From positions 1 through 64,000 of IMG/VR virus record IMGVR_UViG_3300032373_001170: DNA of 64,000 bases; one strand, written 5' to 3'. The translations under genes and the position numbers were made by a program. This document shows, in pieces, positions 26,852 through 36,547 of the stretch. The notes below the pieces were generated by a model. It was not told where the DNA came from, did not search any database, and was given only the letters and a program-made list of their open reading frames with translations. The DNA is from a virus. Lineage: Duplodnaviria > Caudoviricetes. Position 1 is the stretch's first letter. Each line of letters opens with the position of its first letter.

Positions 26852-26902
26852 CTAATATTAAAACGCATAAATGCGGATATACACTGCTTTGAGGAGATTT
26901 GT

Positions 26903-27163
26903 ATGGCAAAAAAGGATGAAGAGGCTTTGTGGGTGATAACAGATCATGTCTGTCGGTTCTGTTTTGGTCGAGTTCTCCGGTCGCAAGACGGGGCTTTGGT
27001 AAGGTGTGCAGATTGTTCGGCCCAAGTAAAGAATAAAAAAGTAACTGAGTTATGCGCCTGTGGTCAGGAATATAAAACAGGTGGGCCAGTTGCTTTGAAA
27101 TGCAAGAAGAATCCAGAGCATATTGTCGGCATCGGTCAAGAAGTCATGGTCGAGCACGGTTAA
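26903..27163 (+). CDS. Cys-rich (Zn-finger-like) protein
   Basis: HVCRFC, RCADC and LCACG; SD GAGGAG. Confidence 0.7.
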   Translation: MAKKDEEALWVITDHVCRFCFGRVLRSQDGALVRCADCSAQVKNKKVTELCACGQEYKTGGPVALKCKKNPEHIVGIGQEVMVEHG

Positions 27164-27267
27164 ATAGTACGTAATTTGCGCAGCGCTATCATTCACTATC
27201 GTTCTCTCTATCATTCGTGAAGATACTATCAAATAAATATTGATAGTACTGATAGCTGAGGGCGGTA

Positions 27268-27873
27268 GTGGCGGTATCAAAAGAAATTAAGTTACAAGCT
27301 GTTAGCGATATCCAGCAGCACTTGAAAAATGTTGGCTCAAAGGATTGGGCCAAATTGAGAGTGAAGTACAAAGACGTGCCTGAGCCAACGTTTTTTCGAT
27401 GGGTCAAGGCGATTAAAGAGGGGAAGCTGACAACAAAAAAGCAGGTTAAGTCTCATCAAAAGCAGATCGAGCGTGAGATGAAATCGGGGAAGCGAGTAGC
27501 GAAAGCGCTTCCTGTTGCGCCACCTCCTAGCTACATATCCAAAACCGAAGGCGAAGAAAATAACGGCACTGATCTCGTTGATTTTATGACGCAGTATGAG
27601 TTTCTGTACAACGATGCGGTGATGCTTCGCGATGCATCTTTCAATGCTGATGGCAAGCTTCGTAATGCGCGGACGTTTGGTGACTCAGTAAAGCTCAGAA
27701 CATCTCTACTTGATACAAAGCTGAAGGCCCTAAAGGAAATATGGGATCTTCAGCAAATGCAAAAATTCTACGAAGTTGTTCTCTTTGAAATACGACAAGA
27801 AAATCCGGAGACGGTAAAGCGAATTATTAAGCGTTTGCGCGAAGCCAATGCGCTGCACGGTATGTCAGTTTAG
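27268..27873 (+). CDS. Probable terminase small subunit
   Basis: 201 aa with N-terminal HTH (VPEPTFFRWV); immediately upstream of terL. Confidence 0.6.
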   Translation: MAVSKEIKLQAVSDIQQHLKNVGSKDWAKLRVKYKDVPEPTFFRWVKAIKEGKLTTKKQVKSHQKQIEREMKSGKRVAKALPVAPPPSYISKTEGEENNGTDLVDFMTQYEFLYNDAVMLRDASFNADGKLRNARTFGDSVKLRTSLLDTKLKALKEIWDLQQMQKFYEVVLFEIRQENPETVKRIIKRLREANALHGMSV

Positions 27874-27875
27874 GC

Positions 27876-29894
27876 GTGGCTAGAATCCCGAATTACCAAC
27901 GCGGTCTTGATGACATGCTTATGGAGCTGGAGCTGGAGACTGGTTATCGCCTAAAAACTGTTGTTATTCCTCCTGAAATGACATTTAGGGAATGGGTCGA
28001 GAAGTTGGGCCGTGAAGGGTTAAAGGTAGATGGAAAGCCGTTCACTCTTGATAATCGCGGTGCTCTGCACTTTATTTACGATCTTATACCAACCACGATT
28101 GAGGAAGCGCATAAAAAACATATTGTGCTGATGAAGGGTGCCCAGATGGGGCTGACGGTGTGGGAAATGCTCGCTGATATTTACATGGCGATCAAGTTTA
28201 CACCTTGCTCGATTGGTATGTATGTCCCGTCTTCAATGCTCGCACCATACAAATCAACGCATCGTTTCTTACCAGTACTGCGGACTGTCCCAGATGCTTA
28301 TCAAATGCTGCTTGAATCAGGTAGAGCGGATGGCAGTAAACGCTCAAGCGAAGGTAATGTATTAACTCGAGTACTTGGTGATTCAAAACTGTTGTTTCTA
28401 TGGACTACAGGTAGCGTAGCGACAGAATCATTTCCGCTAGATATTATCAGCTTTGATGAAGTGCAAGAAATGCTCGTTGCTGACATGGAAAAGGTTATGG
28501 AACGGATGTCGGCGTCGGACATTAAGTACGTCATGATGTTGTCTACAGCAAAATGGCCCGATTCTGATATTCACTACTGGTATAAGCAGGGCAAGGAATA
28601 CCAGTTTCATAACACTTGCGGTTGTGAAGGTGGCGTTATCTTGGATGAAGAGTTTCCAGATTGCATCCAGTATAACGATGGGAAATACGGTGAAGCGACA
28701 AAAGGCGAATATGTATATGCCTGCCCCAAGTGTGGCGAGCATATTCCAGACAATCAAGCTGGCGAATGGGTTGCAAAATATCCAGAGGCTCATATTGACA
28801 GTGCACACCTTCCTCAGTTAATTAGCGCAACGGTCACACCGGGCGAAATGCTTCTGGCATTCAATAACGCGACTGATATGCAGAACTTTTACAATAGAAA
28901 GTTAGGCAAGCCGTTTGCGGATCCATCACAGATACCGATTAACTTAGCCATGCTAAATCTTTGTGCCGAGGATGGTATGAAGATTGGGTTGAAATGGAAA
29001 ACGTCAGCAAAAGATACTTACATGGGTATTGATCAGATGGGGGCATTTAATTGTGTAATGATTAAAGAACGGTTACCGGACGGGCGTCAAGCTGTCATCC
29101 ATGTGGAGTCCATCTATCAAAACGATCCTTTTTCCCGGTGCGATGACATAATCAGGGAGTTTGGCGTGTCAGTTTGCGTCGTTGAAACACTGCCGAATTA
29201 TAATGATGCAAAGCGGTTTGCTATTAGATGGCCAGGCCGTGTATTTCTTGCTAGTTACAAAAAACTAGAGAATGATATGATTCAATGGGGTGATGCGAAG
29301 CAATCTAAAGCAGACAGAAAAACAGATGAGAACGAACGTGACAGATATACGGTAATGCTTGATCAGTACAAATGCATGCAGACATCGATGTCCAGATTTT
29401 CAAAACGTCAATGCGTTTTTCCTGATCCGAAAGGACTCTACCAAGATATCCTAGAAAAAGGTATGAAGAAACGGATTGCGATTCTGCAGGATGAGGTATT
29501 CCTTCACTTCACGAAAACTGCGCTAGTAGTAGAAAAAGATCCTGATGAGAAGAAGTTTAAACGAAAAGTTGTGAAAGTTGGTATCGATCCGCATTACAGT
29601 TATACAAACATGTTGTGCGATGTCGCCTGGGCAAGAGCTCATGGCACGACATCATTCATATTAGCTAATGAAACAAGGGAGTTAGATCACGTGCAGGATA
29701 AAATTGTTGAAGCTATGCCGGGATTGCCAGCAGAGGTTGTCGATATGCTTGCGGAGTTGTCTGGCGATGTTTGTGGACGCTGCATTTCGTATGAAAAGGA
29801 TAAGTCGAAGTGTGAATCGCGAAATCTCTTAGTCAGGGCTAAAGATCCTGGTTGTTTTGAGTTTATCGTTAATCCTTTTTACTCTAAGACTTAG
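27876..29894 (+). CDS. terL: Terminase large subunit, GpA family
   Basis: VLMKGAQMGLT Walker A, ESFPLDIISFDEV Walker B, LSTAK, YMGIDQ nuclease motif. Confidence 0.9.
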   Translation: MARIPNYQRGLDDMLMELELETGYRLKTVVIPPEMTFREWVEKLGREGLKVDGKPFTLDNRGALHFIYDLIPTTIEEAHKKHIVLMKGAQMGLTVWEMLADIYMAIKFTPCSIGMYVPSSMLAPYKSTHRFLPVLRTVPDAYQMLLESGRADGSKRSSEGNVLTRVLGDSKLLFLWTTGSVATESFPLDIISFDEVQEMLVADMEKVMERMSASDIKYVMMLSTAKWPDSDIHYWYKQGKEYQFHNTCGCEGGVILDEEFPDCIQYNDGKYGEATKGEYVYACPKCGEHIPDNQAGEWVAKYPEAHIDSAHLPQLISATVTPGEMLLAFNNATDMQNFYNRKLGKPFADPSQIPINLAMLNLCAEDGMKIGLKWKTSAKDTYMGIDQMGAFNCVMIKERLPDGRQAVIHVESIYQNDPFSRCDDIIREFGVSVCVVETLPNYNDAKRFAIRWPGRVFLASYKKLENDMIQWGDAKQSKADRKTDENERDRYTVMLDQYKCMQTSMSRFSKRQCVFPDPKGLYQDILEKGMKKRIAILQDEVFLHFTKTALVVEKDPDEKKFKRKVVKVGIDPHYSYTNMLCDVAWARAHGTTSFILANETRELDHVQDKIVEAMPGLPAEVVDMLAELSGDVCGRCISYEKDKSKCESRNLLVRAKDPGCFEFIVNPFYSKT

Positions 29895-30177
29895 CAGGTT
29901 TATTTTTGTGTTGCTCAAGTTTTAGTAAAGCACACTGGAGTTCGATAACGTGTGGCCCAGAGAATACGAGCGGATATCCTTTGGTGAATTGCCTAGCTGC
30001 GCTTTTAATTCTAATGCTGAATTCTTTGTTTGATTTGTACTGACAGCGCAACCAGTCTAGGTAACTGCCAACTTCCAATGGAGGTGACGCCCAGCATGTA
30101 ACGCCTATTGTCGTGTCTATTTCGTAAGCCTTGATTTTACCGGTCGGAATATCAGGCTTCATGTCTATATAGTTCAA
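29884..30177 (-). CDS. Hypothetical protein (reverse-strand insert)
   Basis: 97 aa; start overlaps the upstream stop. Confidence 0.5.
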   Translation of the reverse strand: MNYIDMKPDIPTGKIKAYEIDTTIGVTCWASPPLEVGSYLDWLRCQYKSNKEFSIRIKSAARQFTKGYPLVFSGPHVIELQCALLKLEQHKNKPAKS

Positions 30178-30389
30178 GTGATTGTCGTGTTTTTGCTATC
30201 TCTTAGTACTTTGTAATTAGCAATTCCACGCCTTAGCTCGTCAGACCATTTAACCGGGATGGGGTGGTTGTCGGCTGCGTAGCGATTGATAGCCTCGCTT
30301 AATTCAACAAGCCGATCAAATTGAATCATTTCTTTGTGAAGGAATTCTGGCTTAAGCCCAACAGTTGGTTTCTTGTGTTTTGATGCCAT
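30174..30389 (-). CDS. Hypothetical protein (reverse-strand insert)
   Basis: 71 aa with SD GAGG. Confidence 0.55.
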   Translation of the reverse strand: MASKHKKPTVGLKPEFLHKEMIQFDRLVELSEAINRYAADNHPIPVKWSDELRRGIANYKVLRDSKNTTIT

Positions 30390-30568
30390 TAGGTTTTTCC
30401 TCTATTCTCAAATTCGTATTCGTCGCAGTCATATATATCTTCATTACCGACAATACAAGCAAACACTTTTACCGGGCGCCAGGGCATAGCCCAATCGATA
30501 TCTTTCACTCCAAGGTATGTAATCCACGCAATAAATACTGCTAGTGGCAGCTGTTGGGATAGTCTCAT
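30389..30568 (-). CDS. Small protein with hydrophobic N-terminus
   Basis: 59 aa MRLSQQLPLAVFIAWITYLG..; SD GGAG; stop overlaps the next ATG. Confidence 0.5.
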   Translation of the reverse strand: MRLSQQLPLAVFIAWITYLGVKDIDWAMPWRPVKVFACIVGNEDIYDCDEYEFENRGKT

Positions 30569-30602
30569 GGTGTTCTCCGTTTCTTGCGGTATTAATCAAG
30601 CG

Positions 30603-30645
30603 AATATACATTCACGACATATTGTAAATGTCGTGAATATAAGAT
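30603..30645. promoter_or_regulatory. Back-to-back pair of putative late promoters
   Basis: GTCGTGA-ATG-TATATT on minus (30618-30603) and GTCGTGA-ATA-TAAGAT on plus (30630-30645). Confidence 0.7.
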
Positions 30646-30652
30646 TCATCAC

Positions 30653-32371
30653 ATGAGAAGAAACCGTGACGACCCCAGGCAAATATCATTTTTGAATACT
30701 GCGCCAGCTGATGAGCGGATGGATGCTCAACGTGAGTTATCTAAATCTCACATGCCGCTCTCTTCAGAACTGATTCCAAATGAAGATATTCAACGCGTTG
30801 TTGACCATATAAATAACATTTATCAAGAACAGCAGATGAATAAAGCGACTGTTATTCCTTTTCCATCAAGGAAAAAGAAATCATCTCGTGGACTTCAGTC
30901 GGTTTACCTGGATGATTTGCAGATATTTGCGCATGGGGAGTACTTTGATAAGCCTTCGCCAATGGGTTTTGATGCATTGCGGTCTATGGTTGATCAAACG
31001 CCAGTATTAAATGCTGTGATTATGACGCGCATTAAACAGGTTAGTCGTTTTACTCGACCTCAAGAAGATGATAATGGAACTGGTTTTGTTATTCGTCATA
31101 GAGACAAAGATCACAAAGTAACGCCCGATGAGCAGGCCGCGATAATTCAAATTACAAGATTTTTTAATAATTGTGGCTGGGAGTTCGATCCACGCAAACG
31201 ACAAAGATTAAAGCGCGATAACTTCACTCAGTTTATGGCTAAGTCTGTTCGTGATTCGCTGACAATGGATGCAGCCCCGATTGAAACAGAAATGAAAAAA
31301 GATATCCGAAAGGGAATGGATGGGTTCTACGCTGTCGATGGAGCAACCGTTAGGCTATGTAGTGAATCCGGGTATCGCGGTGACGATGAAATATTTGCAC
31401 TGCAAGCTATTCAGGGGCAGATACGCACAGCTTACACTTTCAACGATTTAATATATGTTCCTCGAAACCCTCGCACGGATGTAAAACTTGCAGGTTATGG
31501 TCTTGGTGAAACCGAACTGATGATACGAGTTGTTACAGGCTTTCTTAATGCCATGACGTACAACATCAAAGGGTTTGATGACAACGCAATACCTAAAGGT
31601 ATGCTGCATTTGTCTGGCGATTATGACGCCAACGAGTTAGCAGCGTTCAAACGTTATTGGGCTTCAATGGTCAAGGGAATTAATAACGCGTGGGCAGCAC
31701 CAGTGATGGTTTCGAAAGATCAAGAAAGCCGTGCAAGTTTTGAGACGTTCGGTAACGAATATAATGAAATGCATTTTTCTAAATGGATGACTTTTTTAGT
31801 ATCTATTATTTGTGCAATTTATTCGATGTCGCCTGATGAGATTAACTTCGAATCTTTTTCCGCGAATACGTCGTCGATGTCTGGAGAAGATACGGCAGAG
31901 AAGTTAGCAAGCTCTAAAGACAAAGGTTTACGACCTTTATTGGCCTACTATGAGTCATTGATGAGTGATTACATCTGCTCTGTTTTTTCTGATAAGTATG
32001 TTTTCCGTTTTGCAGGGCTTGATCCTGAGGATAAAGAAAAGAAATTTGAAGTCAATAAGCTAACGATGTCGATTAATGAATTACGTTTAGCAGAAGGGGG
32101 CACTAAGGCACCCGGTGCTTGGGGTGATGCTCCGGCAAATCCAACTTTGCTACAAGTGTGGGTGCAAGAACAGCAAGCTGGTAAGACTGAAGACTTTGGT
32201 GCTGTTGATGAGAGCCAACCTGATCAAGAAAACGAAATGGAAAAACATCAAGAAGGGGTGGGCGGTGAGGATGTAGATGATAAAACGGAGAGTGCTGATA
32301 ACGTTGGCAGCGGCGGGGATGATTTGGAGTTAAGGAAATCAATACCTGACATATATGTGATAGACACATAG
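30653..32371 (+). CDS. Portal protein
   Basis: 572 aa after terL; YAVDGATVR, RNPRTD..GYGLGETE, GLRPLL..E, SINELR patterns. Confidence 0.88.
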   Translation: MRRNRDDPRQISFLNTAPADERMDAQRELSKSHMPLSSELIPNEDIQRVVDHINNIYQEQQMNKATVIPFPSRKKKSSRGLQSVYLDDLQIFAHGEYFDKPSPMGFDALRSMVDQTPVLNAVIMTRIKQVSRFTRPQEDDNGTGFVIRHRDKDHKVTPDEQAAIIQITRFFNNCGWEFDPRKRQRLKRDNFTQFMAKSVRDSLTMDAAPIETEMKKDIRKGMDGFYAVDGATVRLCSESGYRGDDEIFALQAIQGQIRTAYTFNDLIYVPRNPRTDVKLAGYGLGETELMIRVVTGFLNAMTYNIKGFDDNAIPKGMLHLSGDYDANELAAFKRYWASMVKGINNAWAAPVMVSKDQESRASFETFGNEYNEMHFSKWMTFLVSIICAIYSMSPDEINFESFSANTSSMSGEDTAEKLASSKDKGLRPLLAYYESLMSDYICSVFSDKYVFRFAGLDPEDKEKKFEVNKLTMSINELRLAEGGTKAPGAWGDAPANPTLLQVWVQEQQAGKTEDFGAVDESQPDQENEMEKHQEGVGGEDVDDKTESADNVGSGGDDLELRKSIPDIYVIDT

Positions 32372-32424
32372 GTATGCTGAAGCGACGTAACAGGATAATC
32401 GTTTTGTAACTGAGAGAGAAATTA

Positions 32425-32943
32425 ATGATAGTGGACCATTATACAAATAAAGATTCGCATCTCCAGCAAGACGGTAGGCGGCGCGTAGAGCATGTTTTTG
32501 TTGATCACGCGGGGATGAAGTATCTTGACGGTGCTAGGCTGGTCAGTGGTTTATGGGGTGAGAGTGAATATGCTGCGCAGCGCGAATCAATGGTCGCCAC
32601 GAAGAATCAAAAGTTGCTAAGTAATGAGTTTTCATTCTATTTGCAGGAGCTTAAAAATAATAGAAATCCGTTTCGAGATCCAGAAAATAATCTTGTACCG
32701 CCGAAGTATCACTCATTTCAGTCTGCTGTGAAGGCGGTTTCAGATTTTTTAAGAGAGCTGAGTGGCGATGAGCTTGTCGAGTTTCGTTTTGTTTTTAATC
32801 ACTTGCTGAATTTGGGCACTGATGACGAATTGATTGCCATCCTAGAGCTAACTTCAGAAGAGCTGATAGAAATAAGACTACGAGAAGATGTGTTTAAAAG
32901 ACTTAATAGTGCATTAGCGCCAATGGGGGCGATGAATGGTTGA
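32425..32943 (+). CDS. Hypothetical protein
   Basis: 172 aa; overlaps the next gene. Confidence 0.65.
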   Translation: MIVDHYTNKDSHLQQDGRRRVEHVFVDHAGMKYLDGARLVSGLWGESEYAAQRESMVATKNQKLLSNEFSFYLQELKNNRNPFRDPENNLVPPKYHSFQSAVKAVSDFLRELSGDELVEFRFVFNHLLNLGTDDELIAILELTSEELIEIRLREDVFKRLNSALAPMGAMNG

Positions 32944-34288
32944 TATGGCTGTTGATTCCTTTTCCGGCAGCGATGCAAATGGTGGCGCTGACTGGAATGA
33001 TGAGCTAGCAACGTTAACTGCAGCATTTGCTGCTGCCTCATCAGGAGACACAATATATCTGCGAAATTCAAATGGCGGTGGTTTCTTAGAGCAGTTTGGC
33101 GGGGATGCTACGTTCTCAGGGCCTACTGCGGTTGGTAGTAGGCCAATAAGGATCATCGCCGTTCTATCAACTACGACTAACTGGCCTCCTCAAGAATCAG
33201 ATCTAGTAGTTGATCAGCTTGATTCAGATGTTGCCGTTCTGGAAAACACTGGCAACAATGACATTCGTAGTGATGGCTTCAATTATTGGCGAGGGGCAAT
33301 AGTTAAAGCTGGTGCTTTTTTTAATGATAGCCGGTCTCAGTGCTCTAGCATTTTTGAAAAATGCCAGATCCATTATGGTGTCGTGGCAGGGGGATCTAGG
33401 TATATTTATATTGGAGCGACCTCTTCCCCCGCAGGCCCATGGACTCTGACGCTCATTGATACAGACATAGTTCCATCGGCTGCCGATGATGCTATTGCAA
33501 ATTTTCATCGAGGAGCGAAGCTTATTTGGCGTGGCGGAAGTGTGCTCGGCTCTTCTGTGAACGAGGCGTTTGTTTTTAATGAGGGAGGGAGTGCAGAGGT
33601 ATTTGGCGTTAATATGTCTATAATAACTGGCACTATTGTCTCAGTACCAGCTAGTGCAGAAGTCGCGATTGATGCGCTCTTTCATCGTTGCACTGTAAAT
33701 GCTCTTGCGACAAAGGTGGTAAACAATGCGCCGATGTCTATCGGTAGAGTGCGGTTTCTTGAGTGTGACTCTGTTGATAATGTAAATAATGCAGAAATCA
33801 GTGATAACGAGGGTGATGTTTTTAATGATACTGGTATCACCATGGTTGGTGGTTATAGCGCGTATTCAGCTGATTACAGTTTAAAGTTTGTGACTACTGC
33901 TAACGTGGTTCCAATTATTCGTCCACTACGATATTTGGTTGGCAAGATTAATGTTGATCTATCATCAGTGAGAACGTTTGTTATTCCGTTCGTTCATGAT
34001 TCCGCAACACCGCTGGATAATACTCAAATTTGGCCTGAGCTAGAAATCATCAGTCAATCGTCAACCTTAGGGCAGATAATATCAGGACGGGTTTCTAGTA
34101 TTCTCAGCACACCGGCTGTTCATTCGGCGTCTACAGAGACTTGGAATAACACTCAAGGCATGACTAGCGAGAATAAACAAGAAATGTCCATTTCTACACC
34201 CATTAGCAAACACTCTGTAGTTTATGTTTATGCTTGTTTGGCAGAGTTAAGTTATGCAGCCTATATTGGCAAGGTGAGTCATTCCTAA
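32936..34288 (+). CDS. Putative beta-helix/fibre-type structural protein
   Basis: VDSFSGSDANGGADW..LATLTAAFAAASSGDTIYL start typical of beta-helix proteins; Gly/Asn/Ser-rich. Confidence 0.55.
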   Translation: MVDMAVDSFSGSDANGGADWNDELATLTAAFAAASSGDTIYLRNSNGGGFLEQFGGDATFSGPTAVGSRPIRIIAVLSTTTNWPPQESDLVVDQLDSDVAVLENTGNNDIRSDGFNYWRGAIVKAGAFFNDSRSQCSSIFEKCQIHYGVVAGGSRYIYIGATSSPAGPWTLTLIDTDIVPSAADDAIANFHRGAKLIWRGGSVLGSSVNEAFVFNEGGSAEVFGVNMSIITGTIVSVPASAEVAIDALFHRCTVNALATKVVNNAPMSIGRVRFLECDSVDNVNNAEISDNEGDVFNDTGITMVGGYSAYSADYSLKFVTTANVVPIIRPLRYLVGKINVDLSSVRTFVIPFVHDSATPLDNTQIWPELEIISQSSTLGQIISGRVSSILSTPAVHSASTETWNNTQGMTSENKQEMSISTPISKHSVVYVYACLAELSYAAYIGKVSHS

Positions 34289-35466
34289 TGGACCTGCTAG
34301 GTGCTGATGGAGTTTTTGTTGAGACCGGATCAGGTTTTGATTTACTAACCGCTGAAGGTGTTGTTTTTGATGTGCTGGCAGGGGCTGGTACACCGGTGGC
34401 TTCTGCATACTCGGCGGGCTTGGAATATGCTTCGACTATCCAGGTTAGCAAAGGTGCGTACGTCGAAAGCAACACTGATGTAGAGACTCAGCAATCACAA
34501 TCAATCGAAAATAGAAGTAATATCGCGTCGCTGGATTTCGGTCGATTTGAAAGCGTTGCTGATATTTCAGCAGCAACCGATTTGTGCGTAGAATCTCTTG
34601 CTCAGGTTGTTTCTCAGGTTCTAGGTCAGCGTGAAAATGTTACCGAGATTTCAATAGCCGCTGTTTCCCGTGCTGAGTTGCTGGCGAGGATGATTGTGAG
34701 TCTAGACGCGCTCAAAGAGAACAGTGCCTTACTCGTGGCTTCTGCAATTAGTCAGCCCGAGAACCTGGGCGGCCTTATTCGTCAGGAGTTATCGTTATTT
34801 GAATCGGGACAAGGCTTAGCTGCTGTTGCTGCGTCAGTATCATCAGTTATTGAATCGTTACAACTAGTAGTTTCTGACTATGCTTCATTGCATGAAGTGA
34901 AAGCAGGTGTTGTCTCGGTAAATGCAGCATTAGCAAGTCAAATCGAGTCTGCAAGCTCGGTTTACGTAGAGTTGAGCAGTTTGCTTGAATCACGCGGAAT
35001 CATAGTGTCGGCTATTCCAGCAAGTGATGAAGGTCTTTCCTCGCTATCAATTGGGCAAAGTATTGTTTACGAATCGATAAATTCGTCTCTAGTGATTTCC
35101 TCTGGGCCAGCAAGCTACGAAATGTTGCAGCGAGTAAAGCAAAGCGACAATCAACCATATGCTTTTATTCAGGCGATTTCTATATCGCGAATAGGGCAGT
35201 ATCAGACTGTAGCGACGGTCATTGCGACGGGCAGTGAAGCAAGTGAAATATTAAAAAGTACCGGCACGGGCTATCAGGTTAGCGATGAAGCCTTGCAATT
35301 ATTGCAGAGCGTATCAGAATCAAAAATAGAGTTTTTCTCTTCCGGCTTCGCTCTATATTATATTGATTTCGTGGGACTGCTAACCGAATTCATCGACAGT
35401 AGTAGCGCTGGAATGGATTTCGATGTATCGGTTTCAAAGTTCATAGACACAACAAGCGCGAAGTAG
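34288..35466 (+). CDS. Ser/Ala/Val-rich repetitive protein, putative fibre shaft
   Basis: 392 aa from ATG 34288; recurring E-S/A/G-L/I..V motif. Confidence 0.55.
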   Translation: MDLLGADGVFVETGSGFDLLTAEGVVFDVLAGAGTPVASAYSAGLEYASTIQVSKGAYVESNTDVETQQSQSIENRSNIASLDFGRFESVADISAATDLCVESLAQVVSQVLGQRENVTEISIAAVSRAELLARMIVSLDALKENSALLVASAISQPENLGGLIRQELSLFESGQGLAAVAASVSSVIESLQLVVSDYASLHEVKAGVVSVNAALASQIESASSVYVELSSLLESRGIIVSAIPASDEGLSSLSIGQSIVYESINSSLVISSGPASYEMLQRVKQSDNQPYAFIQAISISRIGQYQTVATVIATGSEASEILKSTGTGYQVSDEALQLLQSVSESKIEFFSSGFALYYIDFVGLLTEFIDSSSAGMDFDVSVSKFIDTTSAK

Positions 35467-35481
35467 TCGTGAATATAAAAT
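35466..35481 (+). promoter_or_regulatory. Putative late promoter
   Basis: GTCGTGA-ATA-TAAAAT. Confidence 0.7.
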
Positions 35482-35507
35482 TGTCGCAACTTTAAAAGAG
35501 GTGCGAT

Positions 35508-36260
35508 ATGGCAATTTTAGTATCCGAGCTGAAGAAATATGGCGCTGCTAATCGTCCAGAAGATGATGTCAGCGTATCTGGTGGTGGGATAGATGCGAAC
35601 TGTGTATTGGATGTTGCTCAGTTAACCGCCAATACTACCCTTCGTATTTTTTCTGATAACGCAGCAGACACCACTCAGTCAATTACAATCACGGGTAGGC
35701 TCCCGTCAGGCGAAATTTCGAGTGATGTTATCCCTATGAATGGGGTGGATGGGACAATATTGGTTGTCGGTGCCGTAACCTTTGAACGTTTTCTCAAATT
35801 GGCTGCAAGCGCTCCATTGGTTGGAAACTTAACGGTGGAACAAGATACTGACGGAGCTGATATTGTCACCCTTCCAGCGGGAAAAACTCACGCGTCTATT
35901 ATGTTTATCGGTTCGGAAAGTGAGGCTGCTGAAACGGATCGATATGAACAAGAGATTTGGCGCAATGAAAGCGCTGAGTCAAAAACACTTCTGAATGCTG
36001 CAATGCAGCTTCTTTCCGATCCAAGCGCAATCATTATGGTGGGAATGGAAATCGCAAAAGACAGCGCGACAAGTGTCGCAAACAGAAAAGCGCTGCCCGC
36101 CGGTGTCTCTTTCTTTGATGATGGCGCATCCATTGCTGTGCCAGGCAATCAGCTTGAAGCCAACTCTTCCATTATTTTATGGGTAAATCAAAAGCTAGCC
36201 GCTGGTGCGGCTCCCTTAAAATCTACATTCACAACTGAATTGTCGGGATCATCAATATGA
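35508..36260 (+). CDS. Putative structural/decoration protein
   Basis: 250 aa, beta-rich composition; SD GAGG. Confidence 0.6.
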   Translation: MAILVSELKKYGAANRPEDDVSVSGGGIDANCVLDVAQLTANTTLRIFSDNAADTTQSITITGRLPSGEISSDVIPMNGVDGTILVVGAVTFERFLKLAASAPLVGNLTVEQDTDGADIVTLPAGKTHASIMFIGSESEAAETDRYEQEIWRNESAESKTLLNAAMQLLSDPSAIIMVGMEIAKDSATSVANRKALPAGVSFFDDGASIAVPGNQLEANSSIILWVNQKLAAGAAPLKSTFTTELSGSSI

Positions 36261-36547
36261 GCGCAGCTAAACCCATAAAGCCTTCTCCAAAATGTGCCGG
36301 TCGTGTCGTTGGTGTTTATAGCGAAGCTGACGTTAGCGGGGCTAAGACAAGAGAGCTAAAGTTGATTTTAACAAAAAAATTGGGATTTCAAAAGCGGGCG
36401 GGATGCGGCTTTGATCTCTCCGAGTTAGCAGCTAAGCTTCCGCATGATGGCAAAGTCCGAAGCGTTGAGTGCCCTAAATGCGGTAATATAATCAAAGCAT
36501 TCAATGCTGCATTTAAATCCGAGCCCGGTTTGGATAAAGGCGAGTAA
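36257..36547 (+). CDS. Small Zn-ribbon-like protein
   Basis: VECPKCG; translationally coupled. Confidence 0.6.
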   Translation: MSAAKPIKPSPKCAGRVVGVYSEADVSGAKTRELKLILTKKLGFQKRAGCGFDLSELAAKLPHDGKVRSVECPKCGNIIKAFNAAFKSEPGLDKGE

